The position numbers and the translations under genes were made by a program. A DNA stretch of 40,017 nucleotides from Gammaproteobacteria bacterium (GTDB lineage: Bacteria > Pseudomonadota > Gammaproteobacteria > Chromatiales > Chromatiaceae). Location of the stretch: contig JABDQZ010000065.1 in the NCBI GenBank assembly GCA_013041975.1, positions 1 to 40,017 of the forward strand, read 5' to 3'. Shown here piece after piece: positions 37,687 through 40,017 of the stretch. Numbering within the stretch: position 1 is the stretch's first letter; the number at the start of each line of letters is the position of its first letter. The notes beneath the pieces are model-generated. The model saw only the letters and a list, made by a program, of their open reading frames with translations, was not told where the DNA came from and searched no databases.

Positions 37687-38493
37687 ATGACAAAAAAAAC
37701 CGGCTGGCTGTTTCTTGTGGTCTCATTGCTGCCTTTTCTGCCGCTTGCCATTCAGGCCTCCAATACGGCTGAAGAAGACCGTATTCAGGCAGAAATCCGC
37801 AAACAGCTGAAACAGGGTGAAATCATTGAGCTTGATGCTGATGGACAGCAATTTATCGGAATTTATCAAAAATCAGCCCTGCCGGTCACACAGGGTGGTG
37901 TACTGATATTTCACGGCCTTGACCAGAATCCAGACTCGCCATCCGTTATCAAACCCATACGAAACCTTCTGACCAAAAGTGGCTGGGATACACTCGCATT
38001 GCAAATGCCCATTCCGTCCATGGACAGTAGTGGAACCATATTTCCTGAACTTGAGGTGGTTTATGCCGTGCTTGCCAGCGAGGCTATCGCCAGGATCAAT
38101 GCAGCAGTGAAGTTCTTCGAGGACAAGGAAAACAACAACCTGGCCATCGTCGGTCACGGTCTGGGAGCGAACATGGCCGTTAGCTACCTCACCACTGCCC
38201 CTGCAAAAAAATTCCAGGCACTGATCACCATCAGCATGAATCACAAGCAACCTGCCAACTTTGCTGCAAGTCTGTCTCAATTAAAATTGCCAGTGATTGA
38301 TATTTATGGCTCGAGAGATATCCGGCCTGTTATTTCAGGTGCAGACTCGCGCAAGCAAGCGATAGTCGTTGATGCTGAAAATAGCTACTTCAGACAGAGT
38401 CTGATCGAAGGCGCTAATCATTATTACACCGGGCTTGAGCCTGAACTGGTCAGCACTGTCAGGGCCTGGCTGAAAAAAACATCCCCCGACTAG
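37687..38493 (+). CDS. Secreted alpha/beta-hydrolase-fold protein, DUF3530-like
   Basis: The 268-aa ORF has a signal peptide (LFLVVSLLPFLPLAIQA) and GGVLIFHGLDQNPDSP. A nucleophile-elbow-like VGHGLGANMAV carries Gly where Ser is expected. The family assignment is from memory of similar Pseudomonas proteins. Confidence 0.55.
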   Translation: MTKKTGWLFLVVSLLPFLPLAIQASNTAEEDRIQAEIRKQLKQGEIIELDADGQQFIGIYQKSALPVTQGGVLIFHGLDQNPDSPSVIKPIRNLLTKSGWDTLALQMPIPSMDSSGTIFPELEVVYAVLASEAIARINAAVKFFEDKENNNLAIVGHGLGANMAVSYLTTAPAKKFQALITISMNHKQPANFAASLSQLKLPVIDIYGSRDIRPVISGADSRKQAIVVDAENSYFRQSLIEGANHYYTGLEPELVSTVRAWLKKTSPD

Positions 38494-39083
38494 CTTTTGA
38501 CCTGCACAACCAGGGAATTGATGCGGTTTTTCTGAAGCATTGAGCGCTTGGCATTGAGTTCCTTTTTGCTTGGTATCGGCGGTGTCATCACCCGGTAATA
38601 GATACCACCCTGCCTGATATTCACCTTCTGTATCTCTGCCTCCACGCCCAGAAGAGCAAGACGCGCCTTTTGTCGGTCAGCGTCAGACATTTTCTTGAAA
38701 GAGCCAACCTGCAAGCGATAACTGACCTTGTCACTGATTTCTACAGACGTTTCCGGCTCATCATCCATCACTGGAATGACAGTTTCATCATCACTGATAA
38801 TCACTTCCATTTCGGGAAGAATGCGGTAGAAATCAAAACGGGGACGCTCCGGCTCTTGCTCATCCGTTGTCTGAGTTTTGCCGGCTAGCTGCTTGCTGGA
38901 ACTGCCGGCTGCAAGATAATCAGGTATCACCAGCTCAGTACCTGGAGGGGTGAGCACGATCCAGCCAACCGCAACAAGCACTGCGCCGAGCAAAAAACCG
39001 TAAAAAAAAGGTACCCAGCCTGGAACGGGAGGCTTGTTGGGTTTTACCTGTGGCTCAACCCGTTTTCGATAATCTCTGGTCAT
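38490..39083 (-). CDS. SPOR-domain protein (peptidoglycan-binding, membrane anchored)
   Basis: The 197-aa ORF has a basic N-terminus, one TM segment (WVPFFYGFLLGAVLVAVGWIV) and an acidic linker. The C-terminal SPOR domain reads YRLQVGSFKKMSDADRQKARLALLGVEAEIQKV..GGIYYRVMTPPIPSKKE. It lies directly downstream of argS. Confidence 0.75.
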   Translation of the reverse strand: MTRDYRKRVEPQVKPNKPPVPGWVPFFYGFLLGAVLVAVGWIVLTPPGTELVIPDYLAAGSSSKQLAGKTQTTDEQEPERPRFDFYRILPEMEVIISDDETVIPVMDDEPETSVEISDKVSYRLQVGSFKKMSDADRQKARLALLGVEAEIQKVNIRQGGIYYRVMTPPIPSKKELNAKRSMLQKNRINSLVVQVKS

Positions 39084-39095
39084 ATATTACGACTG

Positions 39096-40017
39096 CTACA
39101 TCTGTTCCGGCGCAGAAACACCGATCAGGTTCAGGCCATTTCTCAGCACTTCACGTATAGCAAGAATCAGCTTGATGCGGGCATCACGCAGTTTCTCATC
39201 ATCGACCAGGAACTGGGACTTGTTGTAATAGCTGTGAAAATCATTGGCCAGGTCACGCAGATAATGTGTCAGCTGGTGCGGCTCTTCATTCACTGCCGAG
39301 ATCTCGACCACTTCCGGATAACGCGACAATTGTTTCATCAGGACGATTTCATGTTCTTCAGACAATAACTCAAGATTCTTCATACCGGCCGAAGGTTCAA
39401 CTGCCAGCTGTTTTTCGCCCGCCTGACGGATCACCGAACATACCCTGGCATGAGCATACTGTACATAATATACCGGGTTATCGTTGGACTGTGACTTGGC
39501 CAGGTCCAGGTCAAAATCCATGTGCTGCTCACACTTGCGCATGACGTAGAAAAAGCGCGCCGCATCGCGCCCGACTTCCTTGCGCAGTTCTCGCAAGGTC
39601 ACAAACTGCCCCGAACGCGTGGACATTTGAACCTTTTCACCTGAACGATACAAAACAGCAAACTGCACCAGCAAAACATCAAGGCGATCCTTATCCTCAC
39701 CCATGGCTTCCAGAGCCGCTTTCACTCGCGGCACATAACCATGATGATCAGCTCCCCAGACATCAATCACCCGATCAAAGCCGCGCTCCAGCTTTTGCAT
39801 ATGGTACGCAATATCAGAGGCAAAATAGGTCATCTGGCCATTATCACGGATCACTACACGATCCTTTTCATCTCCAAAATCTGTTGACCTGAACCACCAG
39901 GCACCCTCTTTTTCATAAAGATGACCCGCAGCACGCAACTTGTCGATAGCCTTGTTAACTGCGCCTGATTCAACCAGGGACTTTTCAGAGAACCAGTCCT
40001 GATAGGTAATGCCGAAT
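39096..40017 (-). CDS. argS: Arginine--tRNA ligase, C-terminal part (5' end outside window)
   Basis: The frame stays open to the right-hand window edge ([27 protein letters not shown] precedes the ORF-track start). The anticodon-binding DALR domain carries [11 protein letters not shown], and the C-terminus ends in ...PEQM. Confidence 0.93.
   Translation of the reverse strand, partial: FGITYQDWFSEKSLVESGAVNKAIDKLRAAGHLYEKEGAWWFRSTDFGDEKDRVVIRDNGQMTYFASDIAYHMQKLERGFDRVIDVWGADHHGYVPRVKAALEAMGEDKDRLDVLLVQFAVLYRSGEKVQMSTRSGQFVTLRELRKEVGRDAARFFYVMRKCEQHMDFDLDLAKSQSNDNPVYYVQYAHARVCSVIRQAGEKQLAVEPSAGMKNLELLSEEHEIVLMKQLSRYPEVVEISAVNEEPHQLTHYLRDLANDFHSYYNKSQFLVDDEKLRDARIKLILAIREVLRNGLNLIGVSAPEQM

Noticed and set aside
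37692-37699. A8 homopolymers at 37692-37699 (DUF3530 gene) and 39002-39009 (SPOR gene) as possible phase-variation tracts.
   Set aside because: Eight-nt runs encoding Lys-Lys or Phe-Phe are common and below the length usually associated with slipped-strand switching. No alternative frame continues productively.
1-40017. Search for CRISPR arrays, tRNA/rRNA genes, IS elements, integrases, phage genes, toxin-antitoxin pairs or known defence genes.
   Set aside because: No tandem direct repeats with spacers are present, and no intergenic region exceeds 322 nt. No ORF shows transposase, integrase, nuclease-NTPase or toxin-like motifs. The window reads as core chromosome.

Overview
This is a chromosomal, housekeeping-dominated segment of a gammaproteobacterium. 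From memory, its gene order resembles Pseudomonas and relatives: amgK divergent from lptD-surA-pdxA, then apaG-apaH; an osmC-like gene divergent from crp, then trpC; trpE-trpG-trpD; rpe-gph; and a SPOR gene next to argS. I call about 38 protein genes at very high coding density. The left third holds pgi divergent from a six-gene, translationally coupled glycogen operon (glgC, a GH57 enzyme, malQ, glgB, glgA, glgP). A minus-strand run follows: amgK, a membrane-anchored TAXI-like binding protein, metH, htpX and a HIT protein. The rest comprises the lptD/surA/pdxA/apaGH envelope cluster, crp, tryptophan biosynthesis genes, greB, rpe, gph and a partial argS. I found no rRNA, tRNA, CRISPR array, transposase, integrase, phage gene or recognisable defence or toxin-antitoxin module. 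I cannot honestly point to a convincing novel multi-gene system here. The best leads are small. (1) Two long perfect inverted repeats lie in non-coding DNA: 27-bp arms right after metH, and 22-bp arms in the trpC divergent spacer. (2) There are local breaks in otherwise conserved synteny: a secreted ankyrin-repeat gene sits where rsmA/ksgA is expected, a TAXI gene sits where murU is expected, and two orphan genes lie between gph and trpE, one with a near-consensus promoter overlapped by a palindrome. (3) All eight convergent gene pairs have 4 nt or less of intergenic DNA. (4) Several poorly characterised small proteins are present: an RRM-like protein, AIM24/TIGR00266, DUF3530 with a Ser-less nucleophile elbow, and an ATL protein. 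All product calls come from reading motifs in the translations by eye, and no database search was run.
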